From Candidatus Limnocylindria bacterium (GTDB lineage Bacteria > Chloroflexota > Limnocylindria > P2-11E): 64,000 nucleotides of DNA. The notes beneath the pieces are model-generated. The model worked only from the letters and a program-made list of their open reading frames with translations, was not told the origin of the DNA and did no database searches. The stretch is taken from NCBI GenBank assembly GCA_035699805.1, contig DASSPF010000147.1:143-64142 (forward strand). The letters run 5' to 3'. This document shows positions 19,063 through 28,503 of the stretch, in pieces. Each line of letters begins with the position of its first letter. Position 1 is the first letter of the stretch. Position numbers and translations under genes: made by a program.

Positions 19063-20057
19063 GAGATCGCCTCCACGCGGTACGCGTCCACCGGCGTCCG
19101 CCGTCCCTTGAGCTCGAGCGAGCCGAGCGGAGTCGCGGCGACGCCGGGACCGGCAGCCGTGAGCGCGGCGCTGGAACAGATCACCTCGCCCGCCTTGGCC
19201 TGCGACTGGAGGCGTGCCGCGACGTTCACCGTGTCGCCGATGGCGGTGAAGTTCTGGTACTCGTCGCTTCCCAGATTCCCGACCATCGCCTCGCCGGTGT
19301 GCACGCCCACACCGTACCCCAGCTCGGTTCCCGCGCCCTGCGCCGCATCCCGCATCGCGAGCGCGCCCACCAGGGCCAGCCGCGCGTGATCGGGCTGCTC
19401 GGCGGGCGCGTTCCAGAGCGCCAGGATGGCGTCGCCGGCGAAGCGGTCGATGGTCCCACCGTGGCCGCGGATCGCCTTTGCCGCCGCCCCGTGATAGCGG
19501 AGCAGCAGGCTCACCACGCGGTCCGGCGGAAGCGCCTCGGCCATCGTGGTGTAGCCGCGCACGTCGGCGTGCAGCACGCTCACGGTCTGGGTGCGGCCTC
19601 CGACGTCCACGAAGGAGGGCCGTGCGTCGACCATCTCCGCCACGTTCTCGCCGAGGTAGCGGCGGAGCGCATCGCGAAGCCGCCCCTGATCCTCTTCGAG
19701 CTTCTCCAGCTTGGGTGACGAGGTGTCCTCGTCCGCGACGAACACCACGCCGGTGACCGCACCGCGGCCGTCGCGCAGCGGGCCGGCCGTCGCGCGGAGC
19801 TTCGCGCGCCGTCCGTCGGGCAGCGTCGCCTCGATGGTCCGGACGTCATTCCGCGTGCCGCGCAGGACCAGCGAGAAGACCCGCGACGAGAGCGAGGGTC
19901 CGAAGACCTCGGTGTACGGCTTCCCGACCGCGTCCGCCTCGGTGGTGGAGAGCAGCCGCAGCGCGTTGCGGTTGAGCGAGCGGATCCGCCCTTCCGTGTC
20001 CATGAGCACCACGCTCGATGGGTTGAACTGCAAGAGCGCGAAGCTCATGCCCTGCAC
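19059..20057 (-). CDS. PAS-domain class III adenylate/guanylate cyclase.
   Basis: N-terminal PAS, then 'VLHADVRGYTTMAE...FAGDAILALW..VGVHTGEAMVGNLGS'. It shares a 4-nt overlap with the downstream kinase gene. Confidence 0.8.
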
Positions 20058-20123
20058 AGCCGCGATACTCCCGCCGACGCGGCCCGCCGTCTAGGGCTGC
20101 TGCGGTCGCCGACCGGGAGCGCC

Positions 20124-21080
20124 GTGTGCTCCCCCCAGGGCGAGACTGGCGCTCGACGCCAGCCGCTGCCGTACTCTCGGCGCGTGCCGGCTCTGGTGGA
20201 GTGCGTCCCGAACATCAGCGAGGGCCGCCGGGCGGAGGTCATCTCGAAGGTCGCCGCCGCGGTCGCGGGCGTGCCCGGTGTGCGGCTCCTGGACCAGACG
20301 AGCGACCCCGACCACAACCGGTCGGTGTTCACCCTCGCCGGTGCGCCCGATGACGTGCTCGCGGCGGCGCACGCGCTCGCCGACGTCGCGCTCGCCGAGA
20401 TCGACATGCGCACCCACCACGGCGAGCACCCGCGTCTCGGCGCGGTCGACGTCGTGCCGTTCGTCCCGATCAGCGGGATCACCATGGAGGAGTGCGTCGC
20501 GCTCGCGACGCGGTTCGGCCGCGAGGTCGGGGAGAAGCACGGCGTGCCGGTGTACTTCTACGCGAACGCCGCGACCCGGCCCGAGCGCACCAAGCTCGGC
20601 GACATCCGCAACAAGGTGCAGTACGAGGGGCTCGCCGCGGCCATGGCGACGACGCACGTGCCGGACGCGGGTCCAGCGCGCTTCAACGAGCGCTCCGGAG
20701 GGATGGTGGTCGGCGCGCGGCCCTTCCTCATCGCGTTCAACATCGAGCTCGACACGACCGACCTCGCGCTCGCGAAGCGCATCGCGAAGGAGATCCGCGA
20801 ATCGTCCGGGGGCCTTTCCGCGGTCCAGGCGCTCGGATTCGCGCTCACCGACCCGGCGCGCGTGCAGGTGTCGATGAACCTGCTCGACTTCCGGCGCACC
20901 TCGCTGGCGACCGTCTGGCGCGAGGTCGCGGCGCGTGCCGCCGCGGCGGGCGTGACCGTGCTGCGCGGCGAGCTCATCGGCCTCATCCCGCTCGACGCCG
21001 CGCTCCAGGTGACGGCCGACGCGCTGAAGCTCGACGCGTTCGACCGGACGCGCGTCATCGAAGCCCGGTTCCTGGAGTAG
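20124..21080 (+). CDS. Glutamate formimidoyltransferase (FtcD N-terminal formiminotransferase domain) homologue.
   Basis: 'LVECVPNISEGR' is the formiminotransferase hallmark. The true start is probably the GTG near 20181. Confidence 0.7.
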   Translation: MCSPQGETGARRQPLPYSRRVPALVECVPNISEGRRAEVISKVAAAVAGVPGVRLLDQTSDPDHNRSVFTLAGAPDDVLAAAHALADVALAEIDMRTHHGEHPRLGAVDVVPFVPISGITMEECVALATRFGREVGEKHGVPVYFYANAATRPERTKLGDIRNKVQYEGLAAAMATTHVPDAGPARFNERSGGMVVGARPFLIAFNIELDTTDLALAKRIAKEIRESSGGLSAVQALGFALTDPARVQVSMNLLDFRRTSLATVWREVAARAAAAGVTVLRGELIGLIPLDAALQVTADALKLDAFDRTRVIEARFLE

Positions 21081-21082
21081 CG

Positions 21083-21451
21083 GTGCACGTCGCGCGGCTC
21101 CAGGCGTTCCTCGACGCGTTCAACCGCCACGACCTCGACGCGATCATGGAGTTCTTCACCGAGGACTGCGTCTTCGACATGCCGCGCGGTCCGGCGCCGG
21201 GTGGCCGGCACGCCGAGGGAAAGCCCGCGGTGCGCGCGCTCCTCGCGACGCGCTTCGCGGGGATCCCGGACGTGCACTACAGCGACGATCGCCACTTCGT
21301 CGCGGGCGACCGCGGCGTCTCGGAGTGGCTGCTCACGGGGACGTCCACCACCGGGCAGCGCATCGCCGTGCGCGGCTGCGATCTCTTCGAGTTCGAGGGC
21401 GACCTGGTGCGCCGGAAGGACTCGTATTGGAAGATCGTCGAGGACGAGTGA
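21083..21451 (+). CDS. SnoaL/NTF2-like small protein (ketosteroid-isomerase fold).
   Basis: GTG start immediately after the upstream stop. 'LDAFNRHDLDAIMEFFTEDCVFD...SEWLLTGT' matches the SnoaL-like pattern. Its stop overlaps the HutI start in a GTGA. Confidence 0.55.
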   Translation: MHVARLQAFLDAFNRHDLDAIMEFFTEDCVFDMPRGPAPGGRHAEGKPAVRALLATRFAGIPDVHYSDDRHFVAGDRGVSEWLLTGTSTTGQRIAVRGCDLFEFEGDLVRRKDSYWKIVEDE

Positions 21452-22698
21452 GCGAGGCCGACCTCGTCATCCACGGCGCGCGGCTCCTGACGCTCGCGCC
21501 GCTCAAGTCGGAGGGTCCGCGCGTGGGCGTCGCGGCGGCGGATGTCGGGGCCGTCGACGGCGGCTGGGTGGCGGCACGGGACGGGGTCATCGTCGCGACC
21601 GGACGGGACGACGGCTGGGCGCGCCTCGAGCGCACGCCCGCGGCGACCGTCATCGACGCGGCGGGCGCGGTCGTCATGCCCGGATTCGTCGACCCACACA
21701 CGCATCTCTGCTACGCGGGTCATCGCTGGGACGAGTTCGCGACGCGCCGGAGCGGGGCGGACTACCTCGCCGTCCTCGAGCGCGGTGGCGGCATCCACGC
21801 CACCGTCCGCGCGACGCGCGACGCGGCGGACGACGCGCTCGCCGACCTCGTGACGCGGCGCATCGTCGAGGCGGCGTCCCTGGGGACGACGACGATCGAG
21901 GTGAAGAGCGGCTACGGGCTGGAGGCGGGGGAGGAGCTCCGCCAGCTGCGGGTCATCGCGCGCGCGAAGGCAAGCGCTCCGATCGACGTCTCACCGACGT
22001 TCCTCGCGCTGCATGCGCTCCCCGCGCAGCACGCCGCCGATCGCCGGGCGTTCCTGCACGACGCGGCGAAGACGGTTGCGACCGTCGCCGCCGACGGCCT
22101 CGCCGAGGCGGTCGATGCGTTCGTCGAGCAGGGCGTGTTCGCGACCGAGGAGGTGCGGCCCCTCGCGAAGGCCGCGCGCGACGCGGGTCTCGCGCTCACG
22201 CTGCACGCCGACCAGCTGAACGACGTCGGCGCGACCGAGTTCGCGGCGCGGATGAAGGCACGCTCCGCCGACCACGTGGCCAACGCCTCGGCCGACGGGC
22301 TGCGCGCGCTCGCACGCGCTGCGATCCCCGCCGTGCTCCTCCCGGGGAGCGCATTCTTCGTGGGCTACGCGCCGCCCGACGCGCGGCGCTTCGTCTCGGC
22401 GGACGTGCCCGTGGCCATCGCCACCGATCACAACCCCGGCACCTCGCCGCTCGTCGGCATGCCCGCGGCGATCGCGCTCGCGGTGACGCTTTGCGGGCTC
22501 TCCCCGCACCAGGCGATCGTCGCCGCGACCATCAACGCCGCGCATGCGCTCGGCCGCGGCGGCCGCACCGGCGCCCTGGTGAAGGGCCGGCGCGCCGACC
22601 TGGTGGTGTTGGAGACCGACGACGAGCGCGAGCTCGCATACGCGCTCGGCGCCCCGCTCGTCGCGCGGGTCTTCGCGGCGGGTCGCCTCATCGCGTAG
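21448..22698 (+). CDS. hutI: Imidazolonepropionase (histidine degradation step 3).
   Basis: 'VMPGFVDPHTHL', 'EVKSGYGL', 'HADQL' and 'ATDHNPGTSP' are the amidohydrolase metal ligands in HutI order. The GTG start at 21448 was chosen over the ORF-track start. Confidence 0.85.
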   Translation: MSEADLVIHGARLLTLAPLKSEGPRVGVAAADVGAVDGGWVAARDGVIVATGRDDGWARLERTPAATVIDAAGAVVMPGFVDPHTHLCYAGHRWDEFATRRSGADYLAVLERGGGIHATVRATRDAADDALADLVTRRIVEAASLGTTTIEVKSGYGLEAGEELRQLRVIARAKASAPIDVSPTFLALHALPAQHAADRRAFLHDAAKTVATVAADGLAEAVDAFVEQGVFATEEVRPLAKAARDAGLALTLHADQLNDVGATEFAARMKARSADHVANASADGLRALARAAIPAVLLPGSAFFVGYAPPDARRFVSADVPVAIATDHNPGTSPLVGMPAAIALAVTLCGLSPHQAIVAATINAAHALGRGGRTGALVKGRRADLVVLETDDERELAYALGAPLVARVFAAGRLIA

Positions 22699-22781
22699 GG
22701 GGCGAGCGGAGCGAGGCAGCGAGCGGAGCGAGGCGGCGAGCTGCAGGCCGCCGAAGGCAGGCCGAAGCGAGCGCGAAGAAC

Positions 22782-23516
22782 CTAGATGGGCGTGTCGATG
22801 AGCAGGAGCTCGCTCTCGGCCTGCGCGCGGAGCTCCAGCGCCCCACTGCCCGTGACGTACGCGGCGTCACCGGTGGTCATGCGCTCGCCGTTCGCGGCGA
22901 GGATCCCCGAGATCAGATAGAGGTAGCCGCCGCGGCCGGCACCGAACTCGTGCGTCACGGTGCGCGTCCGGCCAAGGCGCGACGCGTACATCGACACATC
23001 CTGCGCCACGGTGACGCCCTCCCCGTCAGTACCCTCCGGCTTCAGGAAGCGCAGCAGCCGGTCGGTCCGGTCGGCCATGGTGTACTGCCGCTGCTCGACC
23101 GACGGCGCCAGACCGCGCGCCCACGGGAGGATCCACATCTGGACGAACTGCATCTCCTCGGTGGTCGAGTGGTTCCCCTCGGAATGCTGCGCACCCGTGC
23201 CGAGCCGCATGCGCTGCACACCGCCCGGGAGGAGCACGCCGCCGTTGCCGAGGCTGTCGGCGTGCTCGAACTCGCCGGAGACGACGTAGGTGATCCCCTC
23301 GATGTCCCGGTGCGGGTGCATCGGCCACACCGCGCCCGGGATGAGCGTGTCGTGGTTCAGGACGCGGAGGTATCCGATCCCCATGTGCGCGCCGTCGCGG
23401 TACTGGTCGAACGAGAAGTGCCAGCGCGCCCGGAACCAGCCGCCCTGCGCGGAGAAGATGGAGCGGTCCGGTCGCAGACGCAGCGGGGCCACCGTCACCT
23501 CATCAGGATGCCGCAT
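22782..23516 (-). CDS. Pirin-family bicupin protein.
   Basis: 'HPHRDIEGITYVVSGEFEHADS' cupin metal site, at typical pirin length. Confidence 0.75.
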   Translation of the reverse strand: MRHPDEVTVAPLRLRPDRSIFSAQGGWFRARWHFSFDQYRDGAHMGIGYLRVLNHDTLIPGAVWPMHPHRDIEGITYVVSGEFEHADSLGNGGVLLPGGVQRMRLGTGAQHSEGNHSTTEEMQFVQMWILPWARGLAPSVEQRQYTMADRTDRLLRFLKPEGTDGEGVTVAQDVSMYASRLGRTRTVTHEFGAGRGGYLYLISGILAANGERMTTGDAAYVTGSGALELRAQAESELLLIDTPI

Positions 23517-23583
23517 CGCACCCCGCAGCGACGTGCCGCCGCCCTGACGGGCGGCGGCACCTCGCTGAAGGAGATGGACGGTG

Positions 23584-25089
23584 CTACGGCGCGGTGATGA
23601 AGAACGCCCAGCGGAAGATCGGCATCTTCTCTCCGGGGTGGTCGTCGAGCGCGGTCAGCTGCGGCATCTTGTAGTTGGCCGGCCGCTTCTCCTCGCCCTG
23701 GTAGATGCCGGGGTACATGTCGATGTAGTGCCATCCGGGGGCACCGGACATCGTGAGGAAGATCGTGAGGTCGCCCTTGCTCTGGAAGGCGCAGGCGTAC
23801 CCGGCGAAGGCGTTGTCCACGACCACGTGGTAGATCTGCTCGGTCTCGGTCCAGCCGACGCCCTTGAGGTGCAGCGTCGTCTTCGTCCCCGCGGGTCCGC
23901 GATCGACCGAGAGCGGGAAGGCGTTGGCGAGGATGTACACGCTCGTCGTGGCGACCTCCTTGTCCGCGATCTTGGCGGTCACCTTGTGCAGGCCGCCCAG
24001 ATCGTCGGGCATCGTGAAGGCCCAGGCGAACGCGCCGGTCCCATCCGTCTTCACCTTGGCGAGAGAGGCGGTGCGCTCCTCGAACCCGGTGACGGATCGG
24101 TTACCGACCTGTGTGGTCCAGAAGAGCTCGACGTCGCTATTCGCGGGTAGGGCCTTTGCGTTCAGGGTCATGGCCGTCCCGACGGTCGCACCGTACGGTG
24201 CGCTCCAGATGCCCTGCGACACCGGCTTCGCCGCGATCGTGCTGAAGCCCTGCTGCGCGGCTGATGTCGGCATGACGGCCGGTCCCTCGGTCACCGTGAA
24301 CGGAAGGTGCGGGAACGGACGGGATGCGACCACCGGCTGCTGGTTCGGGTTCATGTACGGCGCGCCGAACTCGCTGTGGCCCAGCGTGACGATGTGCGTC
24401 CCGACGCTCCCCGTAGCGGGGATGACGAACTTCGCGTATCCGTCGGTCGTGATCGACGAGACCCAGCCGGTGTACGCATTGTCGTACGCGAGCTGGAAGC
24501 TGTTCTGGTACGACTGGTAGCCGATGCCCTTCACCTCGACGGTGATGGGTGTGCCGACCGGTCCGCTCGTCGGCGTGATCGTCGTGACCATGTCGACGTC
24601 GAAGAGGCTCTTGTTGCGGATGATCTTCTGTTCATCGATGACCATGACGTCGTGCGCGTAGCCGAAGCCACGTGGCACGGCGAAGGTGGTCGTGAACGCG
24701 CCGGTCGTGTCGGTGGTGACGCTCTTCAGGGCCTGCTGGATGGTCTTCGCGTCGCGACCGACGTACTTGCTCCGGTCCTCCGAGAGCTTCCACTGCACCT
24801 TGCCGGTGCTCCACACGAGGTCGTACTTGGTGGAGGCCTTGAGACCGGACGCCGCCGCCGTGACGGAGGTGTCCCACGGTCCGCTCTTGGGCTCGAGGGA
24901 GAACTTGCCGACGATCTCCATCGCCTGCTGCGAGGCCGTGGCCGCGGGTGCCGCTGCGGCCGGCTGCGACGCTTTCGCGGTCGCAGCCGGCGCGCTCGGT
25001 GTGCTCGTGCTCGGGGTGCTGCAGGCCGCCGCGAGCGCCGCGGCGGCAAGCGTGATCGCCAGTCGCCTGAGGTGCTCGTGGCGTGCCAT
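23584..25089 (-). CDS. Large Thr/Ser-rich lipoprotein built from repeated Ig-like/IPT-like beta-sandwich modules, function unknown.
   Basis: Signal peptide plus lipobox 'LAAAC' at the ATG at 25089. Internal repeats 'Y/FDL.W.T....V....TD.TGAF...F..P...G..H.V'. No CxxCH, Fe-S or type-1 copper motif. Last gene of the NrfCD-like operon. Confidence 0.65.
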   Translation of the reverse strand: MARHEHLRRLAITLAAAALAAACSTPSTSTPSAPAATAKASQPAAAAPAATASQQAMEIVGKFSLEPKSGPWDTSVTAAASGLKASTKYDLVWSTGKVQWKLSEDRSKYVGRDAKTIQQALKSVTTDTTGAFTTTFAVPRGFGYAHDVMVIDEQKIIRNKSLFDVDMVTTITPTSGPVGTPITVEVKGIGYQSYQNSFQLAYDNAYTGWVSSITTDGYAKFVIPATGSVGTHIVTLGHSEFGAPYMNPNQQPVVASRPFPHLPFTVTEGPAVMPTSAAQQGFSTIAAKPVSQGIWSAPYGATVGTAMTLNAKALPANSDVELFWTTQVGNRSVTGFEERTASLAKVKTDGTGAFAWAFTMPDDLGGLHKVTAKIADKEVATTSVYILANAFPLSVDRGPAGTKTTLHLKGVGWTETEQIYHVVVDNAFAGYACAFQSKGDLTIFLTMSGAPGWHYIDMYPGIYQGEEKRPANYKMPQLTALDDHPGEKMPIFRWAFFITAP

Positions 25090-25124
25090 GTTCTCTCTTC
25101 CTTTCCGTGTGCTCGGTCTCGCGC

Positions 25125-25721
25125 TTACTGCCGGGGGTAGTCCTGGCCGGCGGCCGTGATGATCAGCTGCGCTGCGGCGACCTTGAACTGGTCGAAGACG
25201 CCGACGGCGCCCTCCACGCTCTTGGCCTCGATCTTCACGTTGAATGCGCCCGTCGGATAGTCCGCCGGGACCGTGAAGCCGACCGCCCAGAGGAAGTCCT
25301 GCGGCGCTTCCTTGGTGCCGCCGTGCGGCCCGTACTTGAAGTTGTCGGTCTTGCCGTCCGGGTACGTGATGGTGAACGACGCGATCTGCTTGTCGTCCAG
25401 GTACTTGCCGGTGACCGGGTCGAGCGCCTTCATGCGCCAGACGATCCGGCCCGTCTGCGGGAAGCGGCTCTGCTGCGTGCAGTGGATGCCCGGTGCGGTG
25501 ATGAGCTTCTCCGTCGGGTTGAGGCCGAGGTTCCCTCGGATCGTGTCGCCGACGATGACGAGCTGCTTCGCCAGCACGAGCGGAGTGGCGGTCGCCGCCG
25601 GAGCCTGGGTCTTCGCGGCTGTGGTCGGTGAGGCTGCTCCCTCGCCGGTCGTGCCGCCGCAGGCCGCGGCCACGAAGAGGGCTGCGATGCAGGATGCGAG
25701 GATGCGCGTGCGTATGGTCAT
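25125..25721 (-). CDS. Small lipoprotein, function unknown.
   Basis: Lipobox 'VAAAC'. 198 aa, single Cys/His pair ('GIHCT', 'GPHGG'). Overlaps the upstream membrane-protein gene by 4 nt. Confidence 0.6.
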   Translation of the reverse strand: MTIRTRILASCIAALFVAAACGGTTGEGAASPTTAAKTQAPAATATPLVLAKQLVIVGDTIRGNLGLNPTEKLITAPGIHCTQQSRFPQTGRIVWRMKALDPVTGKYLDDKQIASFTITYPDGKTDNFKYGPHGGTKEAPQDFLWAVGFTVPADYPTGAFNVKIEAKSVEGAVGVFDQFKVAAAQLIITAAGQDYPRQ

Positions 25722-26404
25722 GCGGTATCCACCTTTCTTGATGTGTCACGCGCGCCGCCGATGACGCCGCGCGCTGTGCCAAAGAGCGCGAATGCGATGA
25801 GGCTCCAGACGAGGAGCACGAGGATCCCGACCGCGTAGGGGACGCGATCGCTGAACGTGGCGAGAGCCGAGGGCTCAAAGCGCGGTGCGGGCGCCGACAC
25901 GGTCGCGTCGAATGACAGACGTCCCTCGCTGGCGATGATCGCGCCCTGCCTGGGTGAACGCGCCACGATCTGGTGCGAGCCCGTTCGTGCCGGCAGGTAG
26001 CCGAGGGTCGCACTGCCACGCCCGTCGGTCGTGGCGTCGCCGAGGTGCATCTCTCTGGTGCCGAAGAGGTCGACGAGCTCGTAGAAGGCGACCGGCGTGT
26101 TCGTCAGTGCCTTGCCGTCAGGTGCGACGAGGATCGCCTCGAGCGCGTACCCCTGCTCGGCCTTCTCGAGCGGTCGCACCACGACACGGACCCGCGCGGC
26201 GCTCGCCGGCGGGTCGACGACCGGCTTTGGCGCGAGGCCGAGGCCCGATCCCCGGGTCTCGATGTGAGCGGCAGGCGGGGCGCTCGCCGTGATCGATCCG
26301 CCCGCCTGCAGACGAAGCCCGCTCGGCAGGAGGACCTGGCCGGGGCCGAGGAACATCACCACTGCCACCGTGGCGACGACAAAGGGGGCGAGCGCTCTGA
26401 TCAT
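25718..26404 (-). CDS. Bitopic membrane protein: N-terminal and C-terminal TM helices flanking a periplasmic beta-rich domain. Unknown function.
   Basis: ATG at 26404 ('MIRALAPFVVATVAVVMFLG') overlapping the NrfD stop in an ATGA. C-terminal TM 'VGILVLLVWSLIAFALFG'. Confidence 0.6.
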   Translation of the reverse strand: MIRALAPFVVATVAVVMFLGPGQVLLPSGLRLQAGGSITASAPPAAHIETRGSGLGLAPKPVVDPPASAARVRVVVRPLEKAEQGYALEAILVAPDGKALTNTPVAFYELVDLFGTREMHLGDATTDGRGSATLGYLPARTGSHQIVARSPRQGAIIASEGRLSFDATVSAPAPRFEPSALATFSDRVPYAVGILVLLVWSLIAFALFGTARGVIGGARDTSRKVDTA

Positions 26405-27735
26405 TCCCCCGCGCCCTCCGCGTACACCGGAGTGAGGACGACACCACGCGGCTGCGGTGGCCCCTCGACCTCCTCCATCTCGTGGACCGACATCACCGGG
26501 AAGAAGCGGAAGAAGATGATCAGGATCAGCGGGATGGCCGCGGCCGAGCCGATCGTGATCGTGATCTCGACCCACGTCGGCGCGTAGCGGCCCCAATCCC
26601 AGGGCATCGCCGGCTCGGCCATGCCCGGCACGACGATGAGGAACCGCTTGAGCCACATCCCCGCGATCACCAGCGCGGATGCCGTGCACGCGCGCGCGAT
26701 CACGAAGCGACCCGGCCACGCCGCCAGCACGAGCGGGAAGATCAGTCCGATCGTCGTGAAGGACCAGAACGCCGGCGCGTAGCTCCCGACGAAGATGGCT
26801 TCCAGCAGCGGAGCGGTCGTCTCGTCGGCGAGGTAACCCTCGGTGAGGTACTCGCTCACCATGAAGTACAGATATGCGACGCCGAGGGCGATCATGAGAT
26901 ACGACAGGTAGCGGAAGTGTTTCGCGGTGATGAACTCCGCAAGACCGTAGACCCTGCGGAATGCGGCCACCACCAGGATCACCGCCGCGACCCCCGAGAG
27001 CATCGCCGCCAGCACGAAGAGCGGCGCGAAGATCGTGCTATGCCATCCGCCTCGCGCCGTGACCGCGAAGAGCCACGCCAGGACGGAGTGCACCGAGACC
27101 GCGAGGGGGATGATGAGCACGGCCATCACGCCGATCCCACGCTGGAGCGAGGCCTCCTGGCCCGGCGTGCCCCGCCAGCCGAGCGAAAGGATGCCGTAGA
27201 GACGCTTGAGCGGTCCGCCGCGCATCGATGCGCCGGTCGTGGCGAGGTCGGGGATGAGCGGCAGGTAGAGGAAGACGAGGCTCGCGACCATGTACGTGCT
27301 GATCGCAACGACGTCCCACACCACCGGCGACCCGACCTGCGGGTGCAGCAGGATGTTGAGGAAGCGATCGGGGCGGCCGAGGTCGATGATCGGGTAGACC
27401 GCGCCCACGAGCAGGGCCGCGACCGCGGTGGCCTCGGCGAGACGGGTGAGCGGAGCGCGCCACTTGGCGTTGGTGAGCCGGAGGATCGCGCTCGTCATGG
27501 CGCCGCCGTAGCTGATGCCGATGAAGAAGACGCAGTTGATGATGTAGAAGCCCCAGGACACCCGCTGGTTCAGGCCCGTCACCCACAGACCGCGCTGGAC
27601 CTGGTAGACCCACGCGTACAGCCCAGCTCCCACGAGGAGAGAGAGCGCCACGACCGCGATCCAGAAGTTCCGGTCGCCGCGGCCGATGGGCCACATGGCG
27701 CGCTCGACGTAACGGTCGTGCGTTCGACGGTCCAT
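26401..27735 (-). CDS. NrfD/PsrC-family polytopic membrane quinol-dehydrogenase subunit.
   Basis: About 10 TM helices. The start 'MDRRTHDRYVERAMWPIGRGDRNFW' sits 3 nt after the Fe-S subunit stop. Family-typical size (444 aa). Confidence 0.7.
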   Translation of the reverse strand: MDRRTHDRYVERAMWPIGRGDRNFWIAVVALSLLVGAGLYAWVYQVQRGLWVTGLNQRVSWGFYIINCVFFIGISYGGAMTSAILRLTNAKWRAPLTRLAEATAVAALLVGAVYPIIDLGRPDRFLNILLHPQVGSPVVWDVVAISTYMVASLVFLYLPLIPDLATTGASMRGGPLKRLYGILSLGWRGTPGQEASLQRGIGVMAVLIIPLAVSVHSVLAWLFAVTARGGWHSTIFAPLFVLAAMLSGVAAVILVVAAFRRVYGLAEFITAKHFRYLSYLMIALGVAYLYFMVSEYLTEGYLADETTAPLLEAIFVGSYAPAFWSFTTIGLIFPLVLAAWPGRFVIARACTASALVIAGMWLKRFLIVVPGMAEPAMPWDWGRYAPTWVEITITIGSAAAIPLILIIFFRFFPVMSVHEMEEVEGPPQPRGVVLTPVYAEGAGE

Positions 27736-27737
27736 GC

Positions 27738-28502
27738 TCACTGCTCCAGCAGCTGACCGTGGCCGGCGATGTACCAGACGCGCGGGCCGGTCCCGAGGTC
27801 TTCCTTGTAGCGGAACGCGTCGTTCTCCTTGAGGAAGGTGGAGAGGCGCACGGTCTCCTCGCCGTTCGTCGCGACGTCCTCGATCAGGTCCCCGATGTAG
27901 ATCGCGCCCATGCCGCAGGCCTCGACGCACGCCGGCAGCTGGCCCTCGTCGGTGCGGTGGACGCAGAACATGCACTTGCCGACGGTCCCCTGCTGCTGCG
28001 GGACCGGGAACTGCGGCGTGGCCTTGCCGAACGGATTCGCGTATGCGGGCGGCTCGACGTAGTTGAAGTAGCGCGCGCCGTACGGGCAGGCCGCCATGCA
28101 CATCCGGCAGCCGATGCAGCGCTCCTGATCGACGAGCACGACGCCTTCGCCGTCCTTGTACGTCGCGGCCACCGGGCAGACACGCAGACACGGGGCGTTC
28201 TCGCACTGGAAGCACGGTCGCGGCATGAAGTACGCGGCGCCGTGCTTGTCCTTGACCTCGAAGACCTTGATCCACTCGAAGTTCGCCGGCAGGTGATGCG
28301 TCTCCTGGCACGCCTCCGTGCAGGCCTTGCAGCCGTCGCACCGACGCAGGTCAATGACCATCGCCCACTGCCTTTGTGTCTTGTTCGTGTCAGCGGCGAG
28401 GGCCTCCGGGAAGGCCATCGGCACGAATCCCGCGGCGAGCGCCGTGCCGCCCACGGTCCCGAGGGTCCCGAGGAGCTGACGTCGCGTGAACGGTCCGGCC
28501 AT
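27738..28502 (-). CDS. Tat-exported 4Fe-4S ferredoxin-type subunit (NrfC/PsrB/HybA-like).
   Basis: Twin-arginine signal 'TRRQLLGTLGTVGGTALAAG'. Four Cys clusters ('CDGCKACTEAC', 'CFQCENAPCLRVCP', 'CIGCRMCMAACP', 'CMFCVHR..C..AC'). Confidence 0.8.
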   Translation of the reverse strand: MAGPFTRRQLLGTLGTVGGTALAAGFVPMAFPEALAADTNKTQRQWAMVIDLRRCDGCKACTEACQETHHLPANFEWIKVFEVKDKHGAAYFMPRPCFQCENAPCLRVCPVAATYKDGEGVVLVDQERCIGCRMCMAACPYGARYFNYVEPPAYANPFGKATPQFPVPQQQGTVGKCMFCVHRTDEGQLPACVEACGMGAIYIGDLIEDVATNGEETVRLSTFLKENDAFRYKEDLGTGPRVWYIAGHGQLLEQ

Positions 28503-28503
28503 G

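Noticed and set aside
21201-23597. 798-aa plus-strand ORF overlapping hutI (out of frame) and antisense to the pirin gene.
   Set aside because: Gly/Arg-rich, with no domains. Competing genes have catalytic motifs.
25090-26019. N-terminal 310-codon extension of the ORF 23584-26019, overlapping the 198-aa lipoprotein gene.
   Set aside because: The extension is Arg/His/Pro-rich junk. A signal peptide and lipobox start precisely at the internal ATG (25089).
26405-26719. N-terminal extension of the ORF 25718-26719 and N-terminal extension of the NrfD ORF up to 28341.
   Set aside because: The extensions overlap the upstream Fe-S and NrfD genes in other frames and are Arg/Gly-rich. Internal starts give ATGA or 3-nt coupling and sensible N-terminal TM helices.
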